A stretch of DNA of 64,000 nucleotides from Anthoceros angustus. Taxonomy: Eukaryota > Plantae > Anthocerotophyta. Below the pieces are notes generated by a model. It was not told where the DNA came from. It made no database searches and saw nothing but the letters and a program-made list of their open reading frames with translations. Where the stretch lies: assembly GCA_010909165.1 (NCBI GenBank), contig MU008198.1:274704-338703 (forward strand). Direction: 5' to 3'. This document shows, one piece after another, positions 1-11,700 of this stretch. Made by a program: the position numbers and the translations under genes. Position 1 is the first letter of the stretch; each line of letters opens with the position of its first letter.

Positions 1-95
1 GTTTGTCTCCGAAAGTCAACTGGTTGATATGGAGGCTCTGCCCAATCCTCACGTGCTCGACGTTCTCTCGTAGGATACCGAGGAGGAGGTGGTTC

Positions 96-1720
96 TCAAA
101 GATCACTAGGGAGCACCATCATTATAACATCATCAGACGCATCCTCGAAACATGAGAGCCCTCCCGATCGATGACCGTCATCTACATCTTGAGGATTAAA
201 GAGGTCTGGAACTGCTGGAAAACCTGGATCTTTAGTATCAAGGCCTGCTGCATCGTCATCATACTGTACAGCAGCCATATCTAATGGAAGAGTAGCTGCA
301 GATTCCTCTCCATCGGACTCTGGATAGTGATAAGGTACTTGTTTAGGTTCTATCTCTAACCCAGAAAACAGATCATCACCTATGGTAGACATCGAGGGAT
401 CTGTGGAATAAAGCTGCTCAACTATAGAGTCTGAACGAGGAGAAGTGAGCTCAGTAAAGGTAGCACTCCTTGACAAGGTAATTCTTGACGTAACTGGATC
501 AAAAAGTTTGTAGGCCTTAGACTCTTCTGAGTAACCAACAAAGAGAAGGGGTTTAGACCTGTTATCTAACTTTTTCCGTTTTGGTTCAGGTACCAAAGCA
601 AAGGCAGGAGAACCAAAAACTTTCAAGTGAAGGAGACTAGGTTTTCTACCCCAAAAGGCCTCGTAAGGAGTTCTACCAGGAAGGGCTGTCGTAACAACTC
701 TATTTAAGATGTAAGTTGCACACACTACAGCTTCTGCCCATAGAGTTTTAGGAAGGGCAGCCCAGGTCAACATACTTCTCACCATGCCCATAAGAGTCTG
801 ATTTTTACGCTCCGCCACACCGTTCTGTTGTTGTGTGTAGGGAACTGCTAGTTGCCTCACAATACCATGCTCGACAAAAAGATCATCAAACTGCCTGCCA
901 GTGAACTCTCCACCGTTGTCAGTACGGAAGCACTTCACCAGCTGACCAGTCTCACGTTGTACCATCTTGATTCAAGTGGAGATTGTCTCGAACACATCAC
1001 TCTTGAGCTTGAGAGGAAAAGTCCATGAGTACCGAGAGTAGTCGTCCGTCAAGGTAAGATAATATTCAGCACCCCCAAGTGACTTCACAGGCAGCTTTCC
1101 AGCAATGTCCGCATGTATAAGCTCAAGAACTTGCTTTGCACGAGTTGCTTGTTTGTTCTTGAAAGGGAGTTCCTTTTGCTTGGACAGGATACATGAACTG
1201 CATGCTGCAAGATGCTTGAAACAAGGAGGTAATCGCTCACGATAGCAAGAGGAGTTAGCCATCAAGTCTAATTTGGAGCGATTAACATGGCCCAACCTAG
1301 CGTGCCACAAATTGGCCTGAGCATGAAAAGCAGTAAGCAAAGCTCTAACCTTTGACTTGTGAACTGTAACTAGTTGGTAGAGATCATTTACTAGAACTGC
1401 TCTAGCAACATGACTCTGTGGGTTGGAGATATGATAGACATAACAGGTTTTGCCCTCAAACCTAAAACCATACTTACGACTATGAGCTATGGCCCGTATC
1501 GACAAAAGGTTTTTGCTTATGTCTGGAACGAAGAGGACATCCTCCAGCAACAAGGAAGACCCGTCAAAAAGAGGTATGCTAACAGAACCGGAACCGTTCA
1601 CCTGAACTCCTCGTGAATCACCAACAAAAACTGATTGTGGTGTGGTTTGCTTGTGAAAGGTGGTGAAGAGCCCACGGTTGTTGCAAACATGCGTTGTGGC
1701 TCCAGAGTCAACAAACCATT
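96..1720 (-). pseudogene. copia pol: protease, GAG-pre-integrase, integrase core and SH3-like region
   Basis: WFVDSGATTHVCN protease motif near 1680-1720; LWHARLGH...CSSC zinc-binding motif; LELIHADI, DDYSRYSW, RTDNGGEF, PYTQQQNGVAERKN, KLDNRS..FVGY; frameshift near 965-975. Confidence 0.93.
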
Positions 1721-1820
1721 GAGAAGAACTTCCTTTGACAATGGCTGCATATACTCACGCCGCATCGCCCTAGGTCGCTTCGTGATCCAAGATTTAGCCT
1801 CTGGAGATGTCACATGTGCT

Positions 1821-2816
1821 TCATGCTTGGGCTCGCTTGGGCTCACTGCCTTTTCTTCCCAGCCACGCCTCCCAAAAGGACCGAATCGCACCGCCATAAG
1901 AGCCTTGTTTCTTTGTTGTAGAAGAGGAATGAGATTGCTGAGAGTTGCTGTTAGGCTGCTTCTTCCATTTATCTTTCCCCTTCCAGGTTCCTTTGCCCTT
2001 TGTAGCAAAGAGAACCTTCTCACCACGTAGGCGAGAAGATGAGCCTGACCTTTGTCTACTCTGTTCCTCTTGCAGGAGTGCTCCAGCCACCTCATTCAAA
2101 TTGATGGAAGAAGGTTGACCAGCAGCAACGGCTTTATAAGCATCACGCAAGGCTGCGTTTTGACTTGACACAAAAGTCTGATAGGATGAAGGCAAGCTGG
2201 ACAACAGTTGAGCCGTCATCTCCACTTCAGTGATCTTGCTACCTAGCGCGGCAAGCTGTGCCCGTAGGTACCTCAACTTGGTGAGATGAGCTCCAACTGG
2301 TTCCCCTTCCTTCAGCCGTAGACTGTGAAAGTCATTCCTTACAGAGACCAAGGTGCAGATGTTTTGAACCTGATAAGTATCCAAAAGTTGAGTCCAAGCA
2401 ATGTTTGGCGAAACTCAACCTCAGAATCGTGGGTTTCGCCTGTGCCCGAAGCAGACGATGGCGGCAACCTTGTTGCCCTTCTTCCACTTTGCTATGTCAT
2501 CTGCAGATGGTTGATTAGCAGCAGATGCAGGGATTTTCGTAGGATCTGGAATGGTTCCATCAACATATTCCCAAACATCTCTGGCATTCAAATTGGCCTT
2601 CATTCGAGCTTTCCAACTTTCAAATCTGGTAGGTTTCCCGTCAAATCGATCCTTTTCTTTGAATTCCCCAGAGTATAAGGACCCTACTGATGATGAAACT
2701 CCTCCTAGATTTGTGGATCCCATGACAGATGACGGAAAACTGATGGGTAGAGAAGGATTAGAATAGAGCCAAGAAAAATAATCTGTATTACTATCTGGAT
2801 CAAAAGGAAAGGACAT
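1821..2816 (-). pseudogene. copia gag (UBN2-type), frameshifted; CCHC knuckle degraded
   Basis: FDGKPTRFESWKARMKANLNARDVWEYVDG and LRLKEGEPVGAHL...LLSSLPSSYQTFV are typical copia gag segments, split over ORFs 2421-2816 and 1821-2384. Confidence 0.9.
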
Positions 2817-2934
2817 AGCCTAACAGAGGCACTATCCACTAGCGACACTAGACTGAATCAGAAAATAACTGTAAGTTCCTAGTGAGGGGTGCCCTAAAAA
2901 CTAAGAGTTCAATGGAATCTGAATATAACTGCCA

Positions 2935-3687
2935 CTAACCGTTTCTGAAGGGTGCCCTAAATTGTAACTGACACAAAGAATGTGGATTGTGTGAGAAATT
3001 GTGAGTGAAAGTGATACAAATCAAGCAAATTTCTGACTGTAAGAGGATGGGATCCCAACACCTGGATGCGTCCACCAACAGATACTTAGATTTGTGATGC
3101 CTGCGGAGAGCTTCCTGGCGAATTAGGGAACCACCAAGCCAGAAACTTCGCTCCAAGTCTGTCACCTTTGATGTTCACAAACCTTCTGTCCTCAACCTCT
3201 CAGGGGTCGGGACAAGTGAATCCACATAGAGCGCTGCAACTGGTTGCACTGAAGACGATGAGCGCTGTTGAAGTGACAACCTAGAAATACTGCTCGACAA
3301 ATTCAGCAACTCTTCATTGACTGCAGCAAGGGAAAGTGCAACTTCTGCCAGTCGAGTTTGTGTCTGAGTGTGATAACGAGCAATAAGCACTTCAACGTCG
3401 TCCAATCTGTTGTCAACTCGCCCTGCTTGATCTGGTCGAGTCCAGGAATTTCTCCCTCTATTCAGGTATGCTAATGTCTACATTGTCCTGTCATCACTTG
3501 CAGATAAAAAAGGAGAGCGCTCTAACTGATGACGATAAGATTCAACACGCCTATAGAAGTTCTGAGGAAACTGTGAGAATGGGAAGTTTCGCTCTTGGAA
3601 AATTGAGTCATTTCGTCTTCTACTTGCATTAGAAGGTCTGCATCTGCGATGCTCAGACCTGTTAGAACCTCTGCCTTTTCCAGGCAT
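2935..3687 (-). pseudogene. extra ~250-codon ORF in the copia leader, interrupted by two in-frame stops
   Basis: ORFs 3478-3687, 3175-3405 and 2935-3165 are in one frame; the linkers translate without further stops (TLAYLNRGRNSWTRPDQAGRVDNR; TSK). Confidence 0.6.
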
Positions 3688-3903
3688 TTCTGAAAAAGAA
3701 GGGAAGACCTGACTGACTAGCTAGCATGATCCAGAGTAGATAGGCCAGAAGTAGTGTCTCGGTTGATCGACTAATCTGCTGCTAAATGTGTAGGGCCAGG
3801 GATGCATTGGACACACCATCTTGCATATATCAAACGATGTGTACAGGGTGATGTGCTTGATGGGATCCATTGCCCTAGATGGACCAGCAGCAGATTGTTG
3901 ACG

Positions 3904-3915
3904 GCTCTGATACCA
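3904..3915 (-). promoter_or_regulatory. primer binding site complementary to tRNA-iMet
   Basis: Minus strand reads TGGTATCAGAGC directly adjacent to the LTR. Confidence 0.92.
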
Positions 3916-4155
3916 TGAGAATATGCTAGATAGCGAAAGACACAAAAAAGATGTTGTAAAAAGAGTTCATACAAAGTACATAATAAAAGGTCTAATAAAG
4001 TATGTAGAGGTAACCCTAGGTTACATTAACTATATAACCTCGTGAGGTTAACTTAACAAGGGTTAAACATAAACCCTAACGGGATAACCCTAAGAACACG
4101 TAAGGAAAGAAGAGCGAAGACCGTAAGAAAGCGACCCTACTTGGGACAACCAACA
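3916..4155 (-). repeat. 5' LTR of the copia element (~240 bp)
   Basis: TG...CA ends, abuts the PBS, AT-rich with TATA-like motif and several AACCCTA motifs. Confidence 0.75.
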
Positions 4156-4316
4156 TCTGGAGACGTTTGGGTTTGGCGAGTCCCAAGGTGTAGAAACGCC
4201 ATATCTTCCTCTTGCTATTTACGATCCGAACGGCCGCAAGAGAACGATGACATCGCCGTCCGAGGACGGAAAGACAACATTCGCCAAACTAGCTAGAAAC
4301 ATAGACCGATGTCAAC

Positions 4317-4605
4317 CGTTGGAGACTGCTTAATGTGAGTGCGCGCACAAGTTTGTGCACAAATAGCATGGCCAGTCTGAAGGAAAAAGCTGATTGTGAA
4401 TGTCTCTGGATGGTTTTCCTCGTAATTTCACGCGTAATGTCATATCGTATCGCACTAATAATTGAAATGTTTGCGGTGACCTGGGAGAAATACCAAAAGG
4501 TCGATTCCTGCATGGATTTCCTACGCAGCGTAAAGGGTCCGGAACGTCGCGTGTGCAAAAGGGGTTTCAGGAGAAACCCCTTTCAGAACAGACGCTGTTC
4601 TCATT
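4317..4605 (+). repeat. dispersed repeat family R, copy 1
   Basis: Shares ttggagactg..gtgcgcgca, gagaaataccaaaagg, aaagggtcc and ggagaaaccc with 27232-27500; caggagaaacccctttc..aacagacgctgtt occurs inverted at ~25917-25951. Confidence 0.7.
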
Positions 4606-6769
4606 GCCGTTCAGAGGATCATCAACAGCACCATCAAGTACACAGGCGTCAAACCCCTGCTCTCTGAAATTACCCTCATCCTCAATCTTTTCCACGCCCA
4701 TGACAAAATCATCTTGAGGACCGACATACCTTAAGCTTAAATTTCAAACATGTCAAGACATTCTTGATCAGGAATCACTTCAGGATTAGGAACCAAGACA
4801 GGCGTAGAAAACTCACCAAGCTGAGCATGAGAGACAATCAAGATGCTCTATCACAAGACAAGGCCTAACCTATGACACTTTCACCGCAGACATGCGCTAA
4901 GCGCATTGAGGACCATGGAATCGTTAGTAATCAAATGGTTATTCTCACCAACAAAATCAATACCTCTCTTGGTGTGAGGGACATAGTAAGTGATGTCAGA
5001 TAATGGCCCTTCTACCAAAGCTACAAGTTGGGTGTCCACAAATTTCTCTACTGTGCAAACTCAGCTACCCGACGTGCAGCCATCTTGGAAGAAAAACGCC
5101 TTGGAAGTTTTGAATTGGCCTTGTTGGGGACCAAGTATGTTCCCTCACTATGGACAAGAACACCATCAATTTTACCATCATCCTGAAGGGGGTGAGTGGC
5201 AGTATGCGGAATTACTGATTTGACACGCTATCCCGTGTACGGCTTTGACATCACTTTCTGCCATAGGCATTTGTTTTTTTCCGGGTTCAGCAGGCCCAAT
5301 TTGTTTTCTTTTTGGAGCCATCTGCAAAACACAGCATAATAGTAAGAACAAATTACTCAAACGAGTCAAAGAGAATGCATTGTTTGACTTACTTGGAATG
5401 CAAAACAACCGCTTGAAAACCTGCTGGAAGGTCTAAAAACTGATGATCAAACGATCTAAACAATGAAAAAGGCAGTGGATATAGATAGTGTGATAGCAAT
5501 AGCCACTTAAAACTGTATATTCTTATGATGAATTCCCCCCCTTGCTTTCTGTTAAAGGAAACCAAACTCCAGCGATATTTTTCTTCACATAGGAATTATT
5601 GACCCAAAAAAAAATGAACGACTGTTTAACTTTGAAAAAATGTCAAAAGAAAATCAAAAAATTGATTTAGACATTTAAATACCAGGCACAAAAAACCAAA
5701 TCACAGATGATGCAACAAAAAACTTGATACTACTAATTGAACGGACAGCAAATCAAGACAAGCTTGAAGCACGGGACTCCAATTCACTCTTGACAATTGT
5801 CATGCACGTTGGAGGCCAACTCCGCTGCATTCACTCTTCAAAGTCTACGCATAACAAAAAATTTGTCAAAGAACGAATTAGAGGCAGTTTAAAGAAGACA
5901 TGTTTAGTTCAACAAAAACAAAGTTCTAAAATATTATGGTATACAGTAGAAATAAAAGAACTAACCAAACTTGAAAAACTATCAGATCATTGACAACCGA
6001 GTAAAGGTTGAGTCTGGTACGATCACAAATCTGCAGAATGATATCAGCATATTAGGAACAACATGTGTGCGGAAGACAAATACATGGACAAAAACACAAT
6101 CAAGAGAAGAATCAACACAAAAAAAATTAAGTAAACACTTACATATGTAAAAGAGCAATTGAGGACAAACAAAAAGAAAAGAGCCGTCCGTGTAAGTTGT
6201 CTGCATGAACAACAATAAAGGACATGAATATCATTTACATTCAACTTGAGCAACAAAAACATGCCATACATCACTTTGTGACACAAAATGCAATGTATTA
6301 ATTGAATGCCACGAGCTACGGATTAAAAGAAGGACAAGACGAGGAATAGAAACAAGGCCGAAAGAGACAATAGAACAGAACTGAAGAACCGAGTCAGGCA
6401 GGTTGTCTCATTGAAATCGTCAAAGACAGAGTTAACTTAACTAAACTATTGACCACAAATACGTTACTTGCCCTACGTTACTAGTTTTACAAATGCTTAA
6501 CATGCGAATCAGGATAAAGATAACCAAGAAGCTACTAAGACGCACTGATGTTAAAAATATAGACAAAGTAGTCTGCCACTCGAACGTGAAAAAGGATTTA
6601 ATTTACAAAAGCTAGCCATGATAGAACCAAGGATAAAGTTTAGGTGTGTAAAACAACAGGAAAACAAGCTGATTTTCAACAAGAAAACAACAGGAAAAGA
6701 AGGTAAGAAGCAATTTGGTTTTCTTTAACTACCTAGATATTCTTTATCATCTAATGTTATAATTTTGTA

Positions 6770-9220
6770 GAAAGCGACTACAGGAGTCTTCAGCAGGACA
6801 ACAGTGAAAGCACTCGAACAAACAAAATAGTTCCCAACCATGGAGATCCAGGATATGGCGTCAAACCAGAGTTCGAGCGTCCACTCCTAGAAATATGAAA
6901 GTCATTGAAAAAGGTAAAAAATAGTCCAGTTTTGTTTTCCATTGTATACATTGTATTTCCATTGTATTTTTTTATTTTACTGATTATAATTGTCTCCTCA
7001 GTTGTTCCTATCCATGAACAAACAAGACTTGAAGCTTCTTTGCGCGATGCCTGCTGAACTCAACAAAATTAAAAAGGTAACCCTTAGGATCGGTAAATTC
7101 TGATATTCTTTGATTAGAATCCTTTGAGTCTAATATTATTCTTATTTTTTAGGATATCAAAAAAAATCTTTGCACAACAGCTCAGTTAGAGTTGGAGATT
7201 CGAACTCTAGTCAACAGATTCAATGGGCATCAAATCTATATCGAATCGTTGGAGGTATTTATAAACATATATTTTTTTTACATATATAATAAAGATAAAT
7301 AATTCACTCTGGTGCGTGTAACAGAATGCTGGAGAACAGCTGCCGCATAAAAAATCAAGGATAAAATAGATCTTATCAACACAAAAATCGACAATAGTTC
7401 TCAACAGGTGCTGCAAATATCATATATTTTGTTTTACCATCCAAAGAGTGTTACCTAACATCATTCTGTGTGTAGGTTAAAAAAGGCAAACAAAAAATTG
7501 ATGAGCTTGATGCTCAGAGACCAACATTTGGCCCTAACCAAGAATTTTCTGGATTTGGAAAATAGATTGAACATTTCCAATATCCTGAAATATTCATAGA
7601 ATTCAAACAAAAGTATGTACCAATTGGGGAAAAGAATATTCAAGATGTATTGGACCCAATCCTCAATGAAGATGGTTCCACTCCAACACTCCAGGAACAT
7701 AGGGACATTCAAACGAGTGATTTCCCTTTATTTCTTTTACTTATCTTTATTGTAATTTCTTTGGTATTTAATCATAACCCTTGACATTACAGAGATGTTA
7801 ATTGCACTTGAAAATAAAGAGCTGAAAACCAAAGATCTGTTGGCTCTCATGGAGGATAAAAAGGTAAATCATATTCATTTTGCTTTCTCTAGAGAAAATG
7901 GAAATACTCACATGATGAACTGCTTTCCAGAACCTACGAGCACACTTCCGCAGTGTCGGAAATCTCCACAGTACTTATTTAAACTTAACCAAACAGGTAT
8001 ATACAAAGCAAGAACAATTCTGACTTGAAATGGAGGTCAGGGATTAACCCGTTTGCATTTTCGTTTGTAGTTTTCGGAGAGTCAAACCAAGTTATTCGCG
8101 CTCTTTGAGGTCAGTACATGAGATTGAATAAGATATCAAATATTTTTGAATTCTAATATGCAATATCTTGTTTGCAGAAATATTCCCCGTATGGACGAGA
8201 TTTTGGAAATGATAAATTTTCTTTCTGAACCGTACAACTATCAAAAAAAGAACTATTATTCTGAAGAAGAAACAGGGCCAAAATCACCTGTTTACACACC
8301 ATCGACGCTGGTAGAGTACATTTAGAATGAAGTTGGTTGACTACGAAGTAAAAACTAAGTCCGGAATGCTCTCTTACTCTTTTTATCCGAGCAAGAGAAA
8401 AAGGAACTATAAGCTGGGTATACTGAGCAACAACTCTTTAATGACCAACAAACGCCGGCTCCCACCTCGGTCTGCAGTCAAGAATTGGCCGCATCTCAGC
8501 CCCAAACTCGGCCGCTCCCTTACGCCAGGGAACGAAGGCACGGAGGGGTGTCCCTGATACAATGCATCATGCAAACTATTTCTGGTCCTTAGTCATATGA
8601 AGCCATTGTGTTGCAATTTTTTGGCACTAATCTCAAGCATTGGCGGAACAATGTGAGGAAGGAGGCCCGAAAGTTTTTGGAAGGGAAGAAGAGAAATCCT
8701 GGCTATGTTGCAAAGAGTGTAAATCCAGAGTACTGTAAGGTGTTTTTGAGGGAGGAGAAGGAGAAGATGGATGGCGTTGTAGCCCCTAGCCAGCAAAAAG
8801 TAGCTGCCATGAAGAGGGTGAAGGAAATGGATAGCAATACCTGCGCGTGCTTTGGCCATTGGCGGCAGTGTGGTTTTATGGATAGATTTAGAGGAATGTT
8901 TGGGAAGGAGCAAACCGTGGATGAGATCAGAGCTGTTGGCACCATTCACGGAAAACTTGCTGGTGAAGCTACAAGCGTTTTGGATGAATTCCAAAATAAC
9001 AAGTCCTGCTTTGGATCCACAGGTTAACTCACATGGGGGGATTGACACCACTATTAACGTGTGGAACCTGTTGGTTGAGGCAGGTTATCCAACCAATGAA
9101 TGCGATGGCAAGGTCATGGATGCCATCATGAAAAAAAATGTCTTAGACGACGGGTGGATGGTGGGGCTTTACCTTCCCCATAAACTGGCCAAGGATGCTG
9201 AGGAAGCCTTAACATGATTA
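6770..9220 (+). pseudogene. decayed multi-exon gene, probably a CACTA TnpA-like (Ptta/En/Spm-type) ORF
   Basis: Repeated short GT..AG introns with K/E/L-rich exons at 6.8-8.2 kb; ORFs 8608-9027 and 8852-9217 (KHWRNNVRKEARKFL...VNPEYCKVFL) resemble TnpA-type proteins; lies just upstream of a CACTA-like end. Confidence 0.4.
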
Positions 9221-9482
9221 AGGTTAGAGGCTAATGCTGTTGCTTTCATCATTTCCATGTTCCATGGTCGGTCTGAAATTTTTTGTTCCACGACCTCATA
9301 TTTTGGGTGTGTAAGTTTCCTGTAGGATGCCTAGTTTTCTAAGGGCAATGCCATGTATCTGGCCGGCTGGCTGGAGAGGACAAGTCTTGTGTATTGAGTA
9401 CACAAAAGGGGCAGAATCGTAGGTGTAGGACGCTCAGAGGATGTAGCCTGGGTTTGCAAATAGTGGTTTTGTAGAATTGTCC

Positions 9483-9670
9483 TCACTCACTCACTCCCTC
9501 TCCCCCGTCCCTCCTTTCCCCTCCCTTCCCTCCTCTCCCCTCCCTTCCTCCTCTCCCCTCTCCCTCCTCTCCCTCCTCTCCTCCTCTCCTCCTCTCCTCC
9601 CTCCCTCCTCCTCCCTCCCTCCCTTCCTTCCTTCCTCCTCTCCTTCCTCCTACCCCCCTTCCCACTCCCC
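9483..9670. repeat. polypyrimidine (C/T) low-complexity tract
   Basis: About 190 bp of almost pure C/T (cctcctctccc...). Confidence 0.95.
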
Positions 9671-9771
9671 TAAGAATTACTACACCACTTAAGAAATTGA
9701 CAACATTGATTATGAATCTGCATACACTTTACAGCCAAACTTTTGCTACGTTCCGTTTACTACAGGGATCC

Positions 9772-10327
9772 CACTACTAAAAATTTTATTACAGATTTTT
9801 ACTATATAATTTTATTATGAATTTTTACTATAGAATTTACTATGGACTTTTACTATAGAATTTTATTACGGGATCCTACGGGATCCCGTACAACAGGATC
9901 CTACGGGAATTTACAACGGACTGTCGGGTTACTTAACTGTGATTAATTGACTATGTTCAACATGTGATTAACAAAACCCACTCATTTAACTACGGTTAAT
10001 ATGTTATAGTTAATTAACCTCGGTCAACTAACCATTTTTTTAACCACGATTAAGCCAGTAGTAAAATCCGTGGTTGTTCAACGTAGTAAATACCGTGGTA
10101 AAGAGAAGGTAATTTAGAGATTAACTGGTATACGGTAGACTTCATTAAAGTACTCCGTACATTCTTCATATAAAATACAAAGTATAGCTAATATATACGG
10201 TGTACTCGACTTTACCACGGACACTAACACTATATACTTACTATTGACGTTTTACTACGGGAGTAGTAATGTCCGTTGTAAAATCCATAGGTATGTCCGT
10301 GGTAAAAGTGTGCTTTTCCTAGTAATG
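9772..10327. mobile_element. CACTA-like terminus with subterminal repeats
   Basis: CACTACTAAAAA at 9772; TTTTCCTAGTAATG ending 10327 (reverse complement CATTACTAGGAAAA); many direct and inverted tttactac/ccgtggtaaa motifs. Confidence 0.55.
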
Positions 10328-10660
10328 TCATGACACGACTAGTCTGTACACCATAGCTGAGGCAATTTGGGATGGTCCCAAGTTGCCTCATGCGACAAGC
10401 AAAAGCAATCTAACCCGACAAGCAAGATTTAGTCGAGTTTGTTAGAGAAGGCGGAGTAGTAATGTCCGTTGTAAAATCCATAGGTATGTCCGTGGTAAAA
10501 GTGTGCTTTTCCTAGTAATGTCATGACACGACTAGTCTGTACACCATAGCTGAGGCAATTTGGGATGGTCCCAAGTTGCCTCGGCGAGGCGGACAAGGTG
10601 CTATTAACGAACCTGGACAAGCAAGATTTAGTCAGTAGCTTGTTAGAGTAGCGGAGTAGC
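10260..10660. repeat. tandem duplication, period 193 bp
   Basis: 10260-10389 identical to 10453-10582; the remainder of each unit is similar but diverged. Confidence 0.9.
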
Positions 10661-11700
10661 GGAGACGGTAAGAGGAGTATTTTCTGACTCCTCTTACCGT
10701 CTCGTCTCCAAAGATATGAACATCTTTGTACCACTCAGCAGATGAAGACAAAAAGCTTCTAGATGATGAGCCCAAGGATGAAAACGAAGAGACTAGGAGG
10801 ATAGCAAAAGCCCAGCACCGCAAATACTAACATTGCAGGATTGGAAGTCGTCATGAGGGTCGACGCAGAAGATCTAGTTGTCGCCGCTAAGCCTAAACGT
10901 AGAAGGAAGAAAGGATCCGTGTTGGCCCCCATCGCCAAGGATACACCTAGGTATTCCTGGGTTGATGACATCGTAAACAAGTCCGTGAAAATGATCGTCT
11001 AACGGCTTTTTGGCATAGAGAGCTATATATAAGTGGTCTTGGTAGTGTTAAAAACTTCTAGGAGAAGTTGGAAATTTGGAAAATTGCACTGGCTGATCCA
11101 ACCTCTGGTCACATTGTTGCGGATGGACCTAGCTTTTTGGAGGTGGAACAATGACTATGAGATGGCATGGGAGATTTTTCTAGGGGCAGGAGGTGGTGCA
11201 GCATCAAGTTTGACAAGTCAGCAAGCAAGTGCACATGCGCATAGCGAGTTGTGGAGGAAGAGCACCATGGCGAGGCAATCCCTACGTGAGACCCAAGTAG
11301 GATGTCACTCGGGTGCCAAGTTCCTATGGATGAGAGGGAAGCAGATCTAAAACTTTCGAGATCGTTTGCAAATTTGATGTGGGAGTGGTGAGAAGATGCA
11401 GTGATATGCCTGTTTTAGGCCTAGCTAAGGAAGAGGACTCATCCAAGCGAACGGGGTCTTGAAGCTAGGGCACTACAAGGAACGTTGCGATGGCCGTGAT
11501 AGAGGTGTGAGATATAGGGTGTGTGCGGTGTGTGTGAATTTCACAGGGGGAGGTTGATAATCAACTTGCAGGGTGAGAAGCCAAGGTGAAGTTGCGACGA
11601 TGATGATGCATGGATCAAAGGGATTGTGGATCCATATGCTCTGCCGTGCACATGGGTGTGCCAATTATGAGGGAGTAGTCAAGGATGCACGTCAAGATGC
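10660..11700 (+). mobile_element. heavily decayed retroelement gag/protease-like remnant
   Basis: Purine-rich broken frames such as PKRRRKK...PRYSWVDDIVNKSVKM; no intact catalytic motif. Confidence 0.3.

Larger units (their letters stand above)
1..4155 (-). mobile_element. Ty1/copia LTR retrotransposon, 5' portion (RT/RNase H would lie beyond the left edge); frameshifted
   Basis: Minus-strand order LTR-PBS-gag-protease-integrase is the copia order; the individual motifs are listed in the features below. Confidence 0.95.

Noticed and set aside
4011-4095. Telomere-like AACCCTA motifs
   Set aside because: Isolated, non-tandem motifs within an LTR; not a telomere
9477-9692. Ser/Pro-rich and Gly/Glu/Arg-rich ORFs
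   Set aside because: Translations of the polypyrimidine tract
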